64,000 nucleotides of DNA. It comes from Terriglobia bacterium (lineage in GTDB: Bacteria > Acidobacteriota > Terriglobia > JAJPHL01 > JAPKYU01). The notes beneath the pieces are model-generated. The model was not told the DNA's origin and did not search any database. It saw only the letters and a program-made list of their open reading frames with translations. Position numbers and translations under genes: made by a program. The stretch lies in contig CBDCVK010000002.1 in the NCBI GenBank assembly GCA_965223005.1, forward strand, positions 160,001 through 224,000. Reading direction: 5' to 3'. Shown here piece by piece: positions 1-10,456 of the stretch; position 1 is the first letter of the stretch, and every line of letters begins with the position of its first letter.

Positions 1-92
1 AGTTGAGGGATTTTTACCCGAGGGTGTTTACGAAGAGGCCGTTCTAAAGCGGTTTTGATCTCAATCGCAAGGATAGAGCAAACGAAAGAGCC

Positions 93-620
93 ATGCCGCA
101 AACCCTATCGGTGCTGGTCGAGAACAAGTCGGGCGTGCTGGCCCGCATTGCTGGGGTGTTCAGTGCCCGCGGCTTTAACATTGAAAGCTTGACGGTGGCC
201 CGGACTCCGGACCCCTTGCTGTCCCGTATCACCATGGTGGTGGACGTGGAAGATAGGATCCGTGAGCAAGTGCTGAAGCAGCTCAACAAGCAAATCAACG
301 TGGTCCATGTGCTCGACTTTTCAAGAATGCCCTCTGTGCAACGCGAGCTGGCGCTGATCAAGGTGCATTTGCCCCATGAGCAACGCTCCCGCCTGCTCCA
401 GGAAGCCGAAGTCTTTCGAGCGCGGGTGGTAGACACCCACCCGGCCAGCATCACGCTGGAAGTGACCGGCGGCGGCGAAAAGCTGAAAGCGCTAGTGCAA
501 GTTCTGGAACACTACGGGCGCGTGGACATGGTGCGTAGCGGCGCGGTGGCATTGCCGCGTGGCGCTGGCCCCAGCAAGAACGGGGCGGTGAAGACTTCGG
601 CGGTCGCGGCAGAGAAGTAG
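93..620 (+). CDS. ilvN: Acetolactate synthase small (regulatory) subunit
   Basis: N-terminal ACT motif LSVLVENKSGVLARIAGVFSARGFNIESLTV; directly upstream of ilvC. Confidence 0.96.
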   Translation: MPQTLSVLVENKSGVLARIAGVFSARGFNIESLTVARTPDPLLSRITMVVDVEDRIREQVLKQLNKQINVVHVLDFSRMPSVQRELALIKVHLPHEQRSRLLQEAEVFRARVVDTHPASITLEVTGGGEKLKALVQVLEHYGRVDMVRSGAVALPRGAGPSKNGAVKTSAVAAEK

Positions 621-626
621 CATCCC

Positions 627-648
627 GTAGCAGCAGGCTTTAGCCTGC
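627..648 (+). repeat. GTAG-type REP-like palindrome
   Basis: gtag-ca-gcaggct-tt-agcctgc between ilvN and ilvC. Confidence 0.5.
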
Positions 649-680
649 CATGTCGGAAGACAGACGGCGAAAAGGAGCCT

Positions 681-1688
681 ATGGCGAAAATCTACTACCA
701 GGGCGACACGGATCGCGCCTTTATCGACAAGAAGACTGTGGCCATCATTGGCTACGGGAGCCAGGGCCACGCGCACGCGCTGAATTTGCGCGATAGCGGG
801 GTGAAGGTGGTGGTCGGGCTTTACGCTGGCAGCAAGTCGGCGGAGAAAGCCCGCCGGGAGAAGCTGGAGGTGTTGGACGTCGCGGCGGCAGCCGCGCGGG
901 CCGACGTCATTACCCTCCTGGTGCCGGACGAAAAAGCTCCGGCAGTCTACAGCGAGATGCAACCCCACCTGGGCAAAGGCAAGCTGGTGCTGTTTGCCCA
1001 CGGTTTCAACATTCACTTCAAGCAGGTGGTGCCGTCAGCCGATGTGGACGTTGCGATGGTAGCGCCGAAGGGCCCGGGCCACCGGGTGCGGGAACTGTAC
1101 GTCGAGGGCGTCGGGGTACCGGCCCTGCTGGCCGTGCACCAGGACCCGAGCGGCACCGCCCGCCAGACTGCCCTGGCCTATGCCGACGGGCTGGGCGCCC
1201 TGAAAGCCGGGCTGATCGAGACCACCTTCCAGGAGGAGACCGAAAGTGACCTGTTCGGCGAGCAGGCGGTGCTGTGCGGCGGCACTTCGGCGCTGATCAA
1301 GGCCGCCTTTACGACGCTGGTCGAAGCCGGCTACCAGCCGGAGGTCGCCTACTTCGAGTGCCTGCACGAGTTGAAGCTGATCGTGGACCTGATCCAGCAG
1401 GGCGGCCTGGCCTACATGCGCTACTCGGTGAGCGACACGGCCGAATACGGCGATCTAACCCGCGGTCCAGTGGTTGTTGACGACCACGTTCGCGCCACCA
1501 TGAAGAAGATTCTGGCCGACGTCCAGTCCGGAGCCTTTGCCAAGGAGTGGGTCGAGGAAAACAAGAACGGGCGGCCGAACATGAACCGTCTCCGCAAGCA
1601 GGAGGCCGAGCAGCCGATCGAGCAGGTGGGCAAGAAGCTGCGCGAGATGATGAGCTACCTCGGCAAGAGCGCGGCCGTCTCCCGTTAG
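681..1688 (+). CDS. ilvC: Ketol-acid reductoisomerase (class I)
   Basis: [42 protein letters not shown] motifs. Confidence 0.98.
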   Translation: MAKIYYQGDTDRAFIDKKTVAIIGYGSQGHAHALNLRDSGVKVVVGLYAGSKSAEKARREKLEVLDVAAAAARADVITLLVPDEKAPAVYSEMQPHLGKGKLVLFAHGFNIHFKQVVPSADVDVAMVAPKGPGHRVRELYVEGVGVPALLAVHQDPSGTARQTALAYADGLGALKAGLIETTFQEETESDLFGEQAVLCGGTSALIKAAFTTLVEAGYQPEVAYFECLHELKLIVDLIQQGGLAYMRYSVSDTAEYGDLTRGPVVVDDHVRATMKKILADVQSGAFAKEWVEENKNGRPNMNRLRKQEAEQPIEQVGKKLREMMSYLGKSAAVSR

Positions 1689-1698
1689 GGATTCATTC

Positions 1699-3336
1699 AT
1701 GTCGGAAGAGACCCATCTGGGAGATTTTGTCGAAGTCTACGACACCACGCTACGCGACGGGACCCAGGGCGAAGGCATCTCGTTTTCCGCCGACGACAAG
1801 TTGATGATCGTCCGGCGGCTGGATGAGCTGGGCATCCACTACATTGAGGGCGGCTGGCCAGGTTCCAACCCCAAGGACGAGGAGTTTTTCCGGCGCGCCG
1901 GCGAGCTGCACCTGAAGCATGCCCGGCTGGCCGCCTTCGGCAGCACACGCCATCCCAGGAACGCCATCGAGGACGACCCCAACGTCAGCTCGCTGCTGAA
2001 GGCCAACACGCCCACCGTCACCTTGTTCGGCAAGAGCTGGCGGCTGCACGTGGAGCGGGCTTTGGGCATTACTCTGGAGGAAAACCTGAAGCTGATCTCC
2101 GAGACGGTGTCCTACCTGAAAGCGCACGGCAGGGAGGTCATCTTCGACGCCGAGCACTTCTTCGACGGGTATGCCGCTGACCCCGACTATGCGCTGGGAG
2201 TCCTGGAAGTGGCCCAGGAGGCCGGTGCAGACGCGGTTGTGCTGTGTGACACCAATGGGGGCAGCTTGCCCGAGTTTATTTCGGCGGCGACCGCGGAGGC
2301 CCGGCGGCGGGTCCGGGTGCGTCTGGGCATCCATGCCCACAACGATTGCGAGCTGGGAGTGGCCAACACGCTGGTGGCGGTGCTGGCCGGCGCCACCCAC
2401 ATCCAGGGCACCATCAATGGCTACGGCGAGCGCACCGGTAATGCCAACCTGTGTTCGGTGATCCCGGTGCTGGAGCTGAAGCTGAAGAAACGGTTGGTCG
2501 GACCGGAGAAGCTGCCCAAGCTGCCGGGGGTGGCCCGCTACGTGGCTGAGCTGGCCAACCAGCCGCTGCGCGGCGATATGCCGTTTGTGGGCCGCAGCGC
2601 CTTTGCGCATAAGGGCGGCATCCACGTCAACGCTGTGATGAAGGACACGGCTACCTACGAGCACATCGGCCCGGAGCTGGTAGGCAACCAGCGGCGCGTG
2701 CTGGTCAGCGAGCTGTCCGGCAAGGGTAACGTGCAGTACAGGCTCACTGAGCTAGGTTTCGAGGGCAAGCTCGATGGTGCCAGCGCCGGCGACCTGGTCC
2801 GCCAGGTCAAACAACTGGAATCAATGGGTTATGACCTGGAGGCCGCCGAGGGAACCCTGGAGTTGCTGGCCCACCAGGCCCAGGGAACTCCCACGGAATT
2901 CTTCCGCCTCGGCGAGTTCCGCCTCAGCATCGACAAGAAGGTAGGCGCGCCTCCGCTCTCCCGTGCGTTTCTGCGCCTGGAGGCAGGTGGGCACACCTAC
3001 ACTTCCACCTCAGAGCATATCGGCCCGGTACACGCCCTGGACGATTGCCTGCGCCAGTCGCTTTCGGCACTGTACCCGGGGGTCAAGACCGTGCACCTGA
3101 TTGACTACAAGGTGCGGGTGCTGGGCGCCGCTCACGGCACCGCCTCACGCGTCCGCGTGCTGGTGGAGTCGAGCGACGGGGAAGACACCTGGGTGACCGT
3201 TGGCGTCTCGGAGAACATCATTGAGGCCAGCTGGCAGGCTTTGGCGGGCGCCTACCAGCTCTGGCTGGTCCGCGAAGCCGACAGACACCCCGCGATGAAA
3301 GCCGCGGTCGCCGAGGACTACGCCTGGGGCGTCTGA
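1699..3336 (+). CDS. cimA: Citramalate synthase (LeuA/CimA family)
   Basis: YDTTLRDGTQGEG, EGGWPGSNPKD, FDAEHFFDG, HAHND, AFAHKGGIH; C-terminal allosteric domain. Confidence 0.88.
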   Translation: MSEETHLGDFVEVYDTTLRDGTQGEGISFSADDKLMIVRRLDELGIHYIEGGWPGSNPKDEEFFRRAGELHLKHARLAAFGSTRHPRNAIEDDPNVSSLLKANTPTVTLFGKSWRLHVERALGITLEENLKLISETVSYLKAHGREVIFDAEHFFDGYAADPDYALGVLEVAQEAGADAVVLCDTNGGSLPEFISAATAEARRRVRVRLGIHAHNDCELGVANTLVAVLAGATHIQGTINGYGERTGNANLCSVIPVLELKLKKRLVGPEKLPKLPGVARYVAELANQPLRGDMPFVGRSAFAHKGGIHVNAVMKDTATYEHIGPELVGNQRRVLVSELSGKGNVQYRLTELGFEGKLDGASAGDLVRQVKQLESMGYDLEAAEGTLELLAHQAQGTPTEFFRLGEFRLSIDKKVGAPPLSRAFLRLEAGGHTYTSTSEHIGPVHALDDCLRQSLSALYPGVKTVHLIDYKVRVLGAAHGTASRVRVLVESSDGEDTWVTVGVSENIIEASWQALAGAYQLWLVREADRHPAMKAAVAEDYAWGV

Positions 3337-3406
3337 GGAGTGGGGACGGGTCTGCGGCCTGTCCCGATTGAGGGCTGAGGATTACGGGTCTGAGCGGGCA
3401 AACCCC

Positions 3407-3436
3407 TTGCTCGCAAAAGACGGGTTTTGGTAGGAT
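3407..3436 (+). promoter_or_regulatory. Sigma70-like promoter of the thr leader
   Basis: TTGCTC(3407-12), 18 nt, TG-n-TAGGAT(3431-36); leader ATG 7 nt further downstream. Confidence 0.6.
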
Positions 3437-3443
3437 AGCAGCG

Positions 3444-3503
3444 ATGTTTTCAACGCGCACAACAGGTACAGCCGTCGCCACCCAAACAGGTGGGTGGGGA
3501 TAG
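3444..3503 (+). CDS. Thr-rich leader peptide MFSTRTTGTAVATQTGGWG
   Basis: 19 codons, 6 Thr; upstream of aspartokinase/hom; followed by antiterminator and terminator. Confidence 0.8.
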   Translation: MFSTRTTGTAVATQTGGWG

Positions 3504-3540
3504 TGGCCTGAGCGCGCGGGAACACTCAGGAATCAAATCA

Positions 3541-3579
3541 GGCCACGGTCCGAAAACGGGCAGTGGCCATTGTTATTTT
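3541..3579 (+). terminator. Attenuator terminator of the thr leader
   Basis: ggccac-ggtccg-aaaa-cgggca-gtggcc followed by attgttatttt; competing helix gtggcctga(3503-11)/tcaggccac(3538-46). Confidence 0.75.
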
Positions 3580-3662
3580 AGGACGATGCGGACAGCCTGT
3601 TAGATATCCGATTGCCGGTGATACTTCGGGAGCCGAATCTGCCATCCAAACGGAGAGGACGA

Positions 3663-5195
3663 GTGCAAAACAGAACTCCCAAGTCTGAAATCCAGGGTGT
3701 AGAAAATCTTCTAGTGATGAAGTTTGGAGGCACTTCGGTGGGCAGTGCCGAGCGCATCGCAGCCACCGCCGGGCTGATTGCCGAGCACAGCCGGCAGCGG
3801 CCGACGGTGACGGTGGTCTCGGCCATGTCGGGTGTGACGGATCTGCTGGTGCGGGCCGCGCAGGCGGCCGCCTCTGGCGCTAGAGCCGAAATGGAGCAAA
3901 GCCTGGAGGCCGTCCGCCAGCGGAGCAGGGAAACAGCCGGGGAGCTGCTAAGCGGCGAGCCACGCGAAGTTTTTGAGGTGGCCGCGATGAAGATTTCCGG
4001 CGAGGTGGAGAACACCTGCGAAGGAATCGTCCGGCTGGGCCATTGCCCGCCGCGAGCGCTGGATGCGGTGCAGGGCTGCGGAGAGAAACTCAGTGCGCTG
4101 CTGGTGGCCGAGGCTCTAGCCCAAGTAGGGACCCCTGCTCAGGCAATAGACGCCACTACGCTGCTAGTGACCGACGGCAATTTTGGTGAAGCCGCACCGC
4201 TGTTGGAACCGACGGCCGGCAAGCTCCGGCAAGTCCTACCGCCGCTGCTCGGCACCGGCGTCGTGCCGATCATCACCGGGTTCATCGGCGCTACGGTCGA
4301 AGGGACGCCGACCACCCTGGGACGCGGCGGCTCCGATTTCTCTGCCAGCCTGCTGGCCGCCTGCCTGGACGCGGTGGAGGTCATCATCTGGACCGACGTG
4401 GAGGGTATCCTGGGCGCCGACCCCAACCTGGTTCCCCAGGCACGCGTGCTGGAGGCGGTCACCTATCAGGAGGCTGCCGAGCTTTCCTATTATGGCGCCA
4501 AGGTGCTGCACCCGAAGACGCTGGCGCCGCTGGCCGAGCGGGGCATCCCGGTGTGGATCAAGTCCAGTTTTCGCCCCGAGCTGCCCGGCACGGTGATCGC
4601 TCCGCGAGGCGCATTCGGGCTGGACAGCGGTTCTGGCGCCCGCGCCGTCACCGCACTGAAGCGCGCTGTGCTCATCACCATGGAAAGCAGCGGGCAATTG
4701 AGCGTGCTGCGTATCATGAGCCGCGCCATGTCGGTGCTGGCCCACGACCGGGTGGACCTGCTGATGCTGTCGCAGGCCTCGCGCGAAGAGAGCTTTTGTT
4801 TCGCTGTCCAGGAGCGCGCCGCCGCCGCGGTCGAGCGCCGGCTGAAGGAGACGTTCGCCGTCGAGTTGGCCCACGGCTACCTGCGCCCACTGCGGGTGCA
4901 GTCGGGCGTCGCCATCCTGGCACTGGTGGGCAGTGGCATGCGAGGCACGGTGGGCATCTCCGGCAAGCTGTTCGGGGCGCTGTCGGGGGAGGGGATCAAC
5001 GTGATCGCCATCGCTCAGGGCGCCACGGAAACCAACATCTCGGTTGCCGTGGATGAATCCGAGTTGCCGGCGGCGCTACGGGCCGTGCACGCTGCCCTGC
5101 TCGAACTGTCGCCACCCGAGGCACGAGCGCCCGTCACACCCGCTGTTGCCTCCCTGCGAACCGGCCTGCGAACCGGGAGGCGCGGGAAACAATGA
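3663..5195 (+). CDS. Aspartate kinase with two ACT domains
   Basis: MKFGGTSVG, TTLGRGGSDFSA, IWTDVEG, ELSYYGAKVLHP; GTG start 3663 chosen because of the GGAGAGG RBS. Confidence 0.95.
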   Translation: MQNRTPKSEIQGVENLLVMKFGGTSVGSAERIAATAGLIAEHSRQRPTVTVVSAMSGVTDLLVRAAQAAASGARAEMEQSLEAVRQRSRETAGELLSGEPREVFEVAAMKISGEVENTCEGIVRLGHCPPRALDAVQGCGEKLSALLVAEALAQVGTPAQAIDATTLLVTDGNFGEAAPLLEPTAGKLRQVLPPLLGTGVVPIITGFIGATVEGTPTTLGRGGSDFSASLLAACLDAVEVIIWTDVEGILGADPNLVPQARVLEAVTYQEAAELSYYGAKVLHPKTLAPLAERGIPVWIKSSFRPELPGTVIAPRGAFGLDSGSGARAVTALKRAVLITMESSGQLSVLRIMSRAMSVLAHDRVDLLMLSQASREESFCFAVQERAAAAVERRLKETFAVELAHGYLRPLRVQSGVAILALVGSGMRGTVGISGKLFGALSGEGINVIAIAQGATETNISVAVDESELPAALRAVHAALLELSPPEARAPVTPAVASLRTGLRTGRRGKQ

Positions 5196-6595
5196 AGAAC
5201 CAGTCCGCAATCCGCAAGCCGCAATCCGCAACGACGAAAGTCGGAATCGTTGGGTTCGGGACCGTGGGACAGGGCGCGGCGCGCGCGCTCGTGGAGCATC
5301 GGGAGGAGATTCGGGCACGCGCGGGTTTCGAGATTGACATGGCCGTTGTCTGTAGCCGTAACATTCAGCAGCGCGACACAAGCTGGCTGCCCGCCGGCGT
5401 ACGGCGCACCGCGGACTGGCACGATGTAGTCGCCTCGCCCGACGTGGACATCGTTGCCGAACTGGTGGGAGGGACCACAGTGGCGCGCCAGATCGTAACC
5501 GCAGCGCTGGAGGCGGGCAAGCCGGTGGTAACCGCCAACAAGAACCTGATCGCCGAGGCAGGTACGGAACTGGAAGCGCTGGCCCGCGGGCGCGGCGTGG
5601 GCCTGGAGTTTGAGGCAGCGGTGGCCGGCGGCATCCCGGTGCTGGCCGCGGTGCGCGAAGGCCTGGCAGGTGAGCGGATCGAAGCACTGTTCGGCATCCT
5701 CAACGGCACCGCCAATTTCATTCTGACCTCCATGGAGAAGAGCGGAAGGGAGCTAGGCGGTGTCCTGAAAGAAGCGCAGCAGCGCGGCTATGCCGAAGCC
5801 GACCCGACAGCCGATGTGGAGGGCTACGACGCCCGCTACAAACTGGCCATACTGGCGCGGCTGGCCTTTGGCGTTCCCGTTGTCACCGGCGGCATCCCCT
5901 GCCGCGGCATCACGCGGGTCACTCCGCTCGATTTCCGCTACGCCAATCGGCTGGGCTTGACCCTCCGGCTCATCGGCGCCGCCCGGCGAGGAGTTGGCGC
6001 CGGCCTGAACCTTTTCGTGCAACCCTTGCTGATCCCCCAGGATCACGTGCTGGCCAAAGTGGACGGGGCGTACAACGCCGTCTGGGTCCAGGGACGCCGC
6101 GGGGGCGATACGCTCTACTACGGGCGCGGGGCCGGCGGCGACGCCACCGGCATCGCGGTAGTAGCCGACCTGATCCGCACCGCCCGAGACCTGCGCTCCG
6201 GCGCCCAGCGCCGTGTCCCTCCGTTCGGCTACCAGGCGGCGGAGCTCGTTCCTTCGGGGCTCGACACAGCCCCCCCCGGCCTCGGACCGGTGGGGCGACA
6301 CTACCTGCGCTTTGTGGTGCGCGACCGGCCGGGGATCATCGCTGCGCTGGCCGACATCCTGGCGCGCCACAGCATCAACATTGACGCGGTGATCCAGGAG
6401 CGCGGCTGGGACAAGCATCACCTGCCATTTGTGATCACCCTGGAGCCGGCGACACAGGCCAGCGTGCGAGCGGCGCTGGAGGAAATGCAGGGGCTGGACT
6501 TCATGTGCGAGGCGCCGCTGGACCTGGCGATGGAGGAGTTTGCCGACGGCTCGGATCCGGCTGCTTCCGGGACGGAGAGGTCGGTTCAGTCGTAG
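5192..6595 (+). CDS. hom: Homoserine dehydrogenase with C-terminal ACT domain
   Basis: GFGTVG, VVTANK, FEAAVAGGIP, GILNGT, GYAEADP, GRGAGG motifs. Confidence 0.96.
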   Translation: MKNQSAIRKPQSATTKVGIVGFGTVGQGAARALVEHREEIRARAGFEIDMAVVCSRNIQQRDTSWLPAGVRRTADWHDVVASPDVDIVAELVGGTTVARQIVTAALEAGKPVVTANKNLIAEAGTELEALARGRGVGLEFEAAVAGGIPVLAAVREGLAGERIEALFGILNGTANFILTSMEKSGRELGGVLKEAQQRGYAEADPTADVEGYDARYKLAILARLAFGVPVVTGGIPCRGITRVTPLDFRYANRLGLTLRLIGAARRGVGAGLNLFVQPLLIPQDHVLAKVDGAYNAVWVQGRRGGDTLYYGRGAGGDATGIAVVADLIRTARDLRSGAQRRVPPFGYQAAELVPSGLDTAPPGLGPVGRHYLRFVVRDRPGIIAALADILARHSINIDAVIQERGWDKHHLPFVITLEPATQASVRAALEEMQGLDFMCEAPLDLAMEEFADGSDPAASGTERSVQS

Positions 6596-6858
6596 GCTAC
6601 CGCTGAAACGATCCCGTTTCGCTTAGGACCCAGGAGCGAACGGTGTGCCCGCGGTAGGTGGCCCAGCGGCCGCCAGCTCCTCAGGCTCACGGCCCCGGGC
6701 TAGAGATGCGGCCGGGTCGCCTTTGCCTCCGACGGTCGCCTGCCTGCTTCGGTAACATCAGAATAAACAATAACTTTAGATGTACTTGAGTAGTTTTCTA
6801 TGCTACGGTTGTCCGACTTCTCTTGCCTGATCTCGTCGGTGGAAGGGGTTGCGAGCCT

Positions 6859-8340
6859 ATGAAGATACAGTTTGTGAATCCTCACAACGACTCGAACATG
6901 TACGCCGCTCCGAAGTTCTTCCGTCACGCCTCGAAGATCTCGAACAGTCTGAACTTTACGGCGGAAGGGGCGTTGTTTCCTCCGTTGAACCTAGCGACCC
7001 TGGCCGCGCTCACCCCGCCCGAACATGAAGTGGCCATTGACGATGGCTGCCTGGGTCCGGTGCCAGCCACAAGGTCGGCCGACCTTGTGGCGATTACTGC
7101 GATGACCGCGCAGGCGCCTTCTGCCTATGCTCTTGCCGACCAGTACCGTGCCAGGGGCATCCCGGTTGTGTTGGGGGGGATTCACCCTTCGATGTGCCCG
7201 GATGAGGCCGCCGAGCACGCCGACTCGGTAGTGTTGGGTGAGGCCGACCAGCTTTGGCCGGATTTGGTCCAGGACTTCGCGAACGGCAGGATGAAGTCAC
7301 GCTATCACGATCCGGAACCCATCGATCTGGCCAAAATTGCGCTTCCACGCAGGGACTTGCTTGACCCGAAGGGCTACGTGATTTTCAATTCCGTGCAAAC
7401 TACCCGCGGATGCCCCTTCAATTGCAACTTCTGCTCGGTCACCACCATGTCGGGCGTCCAATACCGTTTCCGCCCGGTGGAAAAGGTGGTGGAAGAGGTT
7501 CGCGCTTTGGACAGCCGCTTTATCTACTTCGTCGATGACAATATCATCGGGATGCCCCGGAGGGCCAAAGAGCTGTTCAAGGCATTTCGGCCGTTGAAAC
7601 TGGCATGGGCCTCTCAGGTCACTATCAATTTCGCTCGCGACCAGGAGCTGATGCGGTTGGCTAAGGAGAGCGGCTGCTGTGGAGTGTTCATTGGCTTTGA
7701 GACCTTTTCTAATAAGAGCATCCGCGATGCCGGCAAGGGTGTAAACCGGCCCGACGAGTACATGCGCGACATTGCCCGCATCCACGCGGCCGGAATTAAG
7801 GTTTGGGGGTCATTCATTTTCGGCTTTGACAATGATGCCTTGGACGTGTTTCGGGAGACTCTCGAGTTCATCGAGAAGTCCAGGATGGAGTTCGCGCAGT
7901 TCTCGCTGCTGACACCGCTGCCCGGCACGGCCCTGTTCCATCAGTTTGAGGAAGAGCAACGGATCGTTCAGCGGGATTGGTCGAAATACGATCTCGGTTC
8001 GATCGTTTTCAACCATCCTCTGCTCACCGCCGAGCGGCTGCATCATGAGAAGAACCACGCCTGGCGCCGCTTCTACTCCATTCGCTCGATCATCAAGCGG
8101 TTGGGTATGCCGAAGAACCGGGGCGATCTGATCCTCTGGATTGCCAACCTGGCCGTGAATGGCTCTCTAAAATACCGCTGGGGCAAAGATTACTGGACCT
8201 GGAACGGGAACGGCTCCGGCAAGGTGGCGCAGCCTCCCCCCATTTCGCCTCATCATCCAGTCAAAATAGAAGAGGCCGATCGACTGGTGAAGCTTGCCTC
8301 CCCAGCGCGCTACGCGCACGGGTTCGCCAAAGCGCGCTAA
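6859..8340 (+). CDS. Cobalamin-binding radical SAM protein
   Basis: PPLNLATLAA...GGIHPS B12-binding region; TRGCPFNCNFC CxxxCxxC; FVDDN; LTPLPGT. Confidence 0.9.
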   Translation: MKIQFVNPHNDSNMYAAPKFFRHASKISNSLNFTAEGALFPPLNLATLAALTPPEHEVAIDDGCLGPVPATRSADLVAITAMTAQAPSAYALADQYRARGIPVVLGGIHPSMCPDEAAEHADSVVLGEADQLWPDLVQDFANGRMKSRYHDPEPIDLAKIALPRRDLLDPKGYVIFNSVQTTRGCPFNCNFCSVTTMSGVQYRFRPVEKVVEEVRALDSRFIYFVDDNIIGMPRRAKELFKAFRPLKLAWASQVTINFARDQELMRLAKESGCCGVFIGFETFSNKSIRDAGKGVNRPDEYMRDIARIHAAGIKVWGSFIFGFDNDALDVFRETLEFIEKSRMEFAQFSLLTPLPGTALFHQFEEEQRIVQRDWSKYDLGSIVFNHPLLTAERLHHEKNHAWRRFYSIRSIIKRLGMPKNRGDLILWIANLAVNGSLKYRWGKDYWTWNGNGSGKVAQPPPISPHHPVKIEEADRLVKLASPARYAHGFAKAR

Positions 8341-8397
8341 GCCTGTACTGTTTTTAGAAACTCGCTTGGCCCTCTGGGAAAATCTGGCGAACAATCC

Positions 8398-9333
8398 TTA
8401 TTTTTTTCTGCTGGTGGGTATTGTGCTGGCCCGCGGCGTGGGTCTTCGTTTGGCGCGGGAAGTCAGCCTCTGGGCGGCAGAAATCAGGGCGCGTGTTCCC
8501 TCCGGCAACTGGTAGTCCTTGCGCACGGCCACGCCGATTTCGTGGGCGATGCGGAGGCCGCGCAACGGCACCAGCTTCAACTTGCCGGCGGTGGCTTCCT
8601 CTTCGGCATAGGTCTCGCCAATGATGGTGATGCCCATGCCGGCGGCCGCCAAGCGTTTGACCAGCACAATCCCGGTGGGTTCAAAGGCTACTTTCAACTG
8701 GCGCCGGTGAGGGAGCAAAATCCGGTCCAGCGCGGTGCGGGCGTGGCCCATCTCGGGGAGGATGAAGGGAAAATCCAGCAGTTCCTCCACGGCCACCGAG
8801 CGCCTGCTCGCCAGCGGATGGGCCGGCGGCAAGGCCGCCACCCAGCGGTCGCGCAGGAAGGGAATGATGCGCAGGTCGGGGTGCGCAGTAGGCAGCGAGA
8901 TAAAGCCGATGTCCAGGACGCCTTCGACCAGCTTGCGGACGATCCGGTCAGTAGTATGCCGGAAAATGCTGATGGCTACGGAAGGGTAGCGCGACCGGTA
9001 TTCTTCCAGCACCGGGGGGAGCACGTAGAGGCAGATGGATTCGGTTGCGCCGATGGTCAGCCGCACCGAGGGACGGCGCAGGTCGGCCACGGCCTGAATA
9101 GCCTGGCGGCGCAGGTCCAGCATCCGCCCTGCGTGTTCCAGCAGAACCATGCCTGGCTGGGTCAGGTGTACGCTTCGTCCCAGGCGGTCAAAGAGCCGGT
9201 AGTCAACTTCTTCCTCGATCTGCCGCACCTGCGCGCTGATAGCCGGCTGGGTCAGACCCAGCGTTTCGGCGGCCCGCGAAAAGCTGCGCAGACGAGCCAC
9301 CTCAACCACCGCGCGGATTTGGTCAAAATTCAT
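8398..9333 (-). CDS. LysR-family transcriptional regulator
   Basis: SFSRAAETLGLTQPAISAQVRQIE HTH plus substrate-binding domain. Confidence 0.95.
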   Translation of the reverse strand: MNFDQIRAVVEVARLRSFSRAAETLGLTQPAISAQVRQIEEEVDYRLFDRLGRSVHLTQPGMVLLEHAGRMLDLRRQAIQAVADLRRPSVRLTIGATESICLYVLPPVLEEYRSRYPSVAISIFRHTTDRIVRKLVEGVLDIGFISLPTAHPDLRIIPFLRDRWVAALPPAHPLASRRSVAVEELLDFPFILPEMGHARTALDRILLPHRRQLKVAFEPTGIVLVKRLAAAGMGITIIGETYAEEEATAGKLKLVPLRGLRIAHEIGVAVRKDYQLPEGTRALISAAQRLTSRAKRRPTPRASTIPTSRKK

Positions 9334-9543
9334 GGGAGGTGTTGGCTATCATACACTAAGCGGGCACTAAGCGGGCGCAGCACAGCCGGCCCGGCAAAAT
9401 TCTATGGACGGCTGGGTCGCGGTTTGCTGTGTGGATTTTCAAAGCTGCAAAGCGGAAGTGCCGAAAATGGGTTCCGGGTGCAGCCAGTGTCCCGGGATTG
9501 ACATGTTTCGGAACAAGCAGGATCTGACGACCTGACACCAGCG

Positions 9544-10446
9544 ATGGATTTTGACCAGATAGACACAATTATCGAGATTGCCAAGCACAACAGCTTCTCG
9601 CGGGCCGCCGAGCATCTCTACCGGACTCAGCCAGCGATCTCCAAGCAGGTGCGCTCGCTCGAGCAGGAGCTGGGACAGAAGCTGTTCCACCGGACTGGCA
9701 AGCAGGTGCAGCTGACAACAGCGGGGCGCATCCTGCTGGAGCACTGCCAGCAACTGGCCGAGCTGCGCCGCCAGGCCAAGGAAGCTCTGGAACGGATGCG
9801 TCACGTGCCGCGCGGGCGGCTGGCGGTGGGGGCCAATGAAGCCACCTCGCTCTACGTGCTGCCGCCGGTGTTTGCCGCCTTCGGCGCCCGCTATCCGGAA
9901 GTGCGCCTGCGGATTCACCGTAACTTCACCCGCAAGCTGGTGGAGCGCGTGCTGGCCAACACGCTAGATTTCGCGGTGGTCTCGTTGCCGGTGGACGAGA
10001 AGGACCTGGCGGTGCTGCCCCTGTTCCGCGACGAGCTGGTCGTGATTGTGCCTCCGAGGCACCCGCTGGCTGGCCAGCGGTCAGTGACGGTGGAACAGTT
10101 GGCCGATCACCGGCTGATTTTCCCTCGCACAGGGCGCACTCGGGCCCTGTTCGAACGGGTGTTCGCCAACCGCAGCCTGGAGCCGCGCGTCTCGCTGGAG
10201 CTAGCCAGCGTCGAGGCCATCAAGAAATTCGTGGCTGTCGGGCTGGGAGTTTCCCTGATCAGCCGAAGCTTCGCAGCGCAGGAGGCAGCCAACGGCACGC
10301 TGCGCCTGATCCCGCTGGAAGGCCTGAAGCTGGTGCGGGAGCTGGGCCTGATTCACCATCGAGACAAGTGCATCTGCCCGGTGATGGAAGCGTTCCTGAA
10401 ACTAGTCCAGGAGCTTTGCCCGAGGCTGTTGAAAAGTGACGGATGA
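9544..10446 (+). CDS. LysR-family transcriptional regulator (CysL-like)
   Basis: SFSRAAEHLYRTQPAISKQVRSLE HTH; EAIKKFVAVGLGVS; next to cysH. Confidence 0.95.
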   Translation: MDFDQIDTIIEIAKHNSFSRAAEHLYRTQPAISKQVRSLEQELGQKLFHRTGKQVQLTTAGRILLEHCQQLAELRRQAKEALERMRHVPRGRLAVGANEATSLYVLPPVFAAFGARYPEVRLRIHRNFTRKLVERVLANTLDFAVVSLPVDEKDLAVLPLFRDELVVIVPPRHPLAGQRSVTVEQLADHRLIFPRTGRTRALFERVFANRSLEPRVSLELASVEAIKKFVAVGLGVSLISRSFAAQEAANGTLRLIPLEGLKLVRELGLIHHRDKCICPVMEAFLKLVQELCPRLLKSDG

Positions 10447-10456
10447 TGAGGGAAGC

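Noticed and set aside
6596-6858. Cobalamin riboswitch upstream of the B12 radical SAM gene
   Set aside because: No B12-box or GGGAA/ACTG core motifs visible
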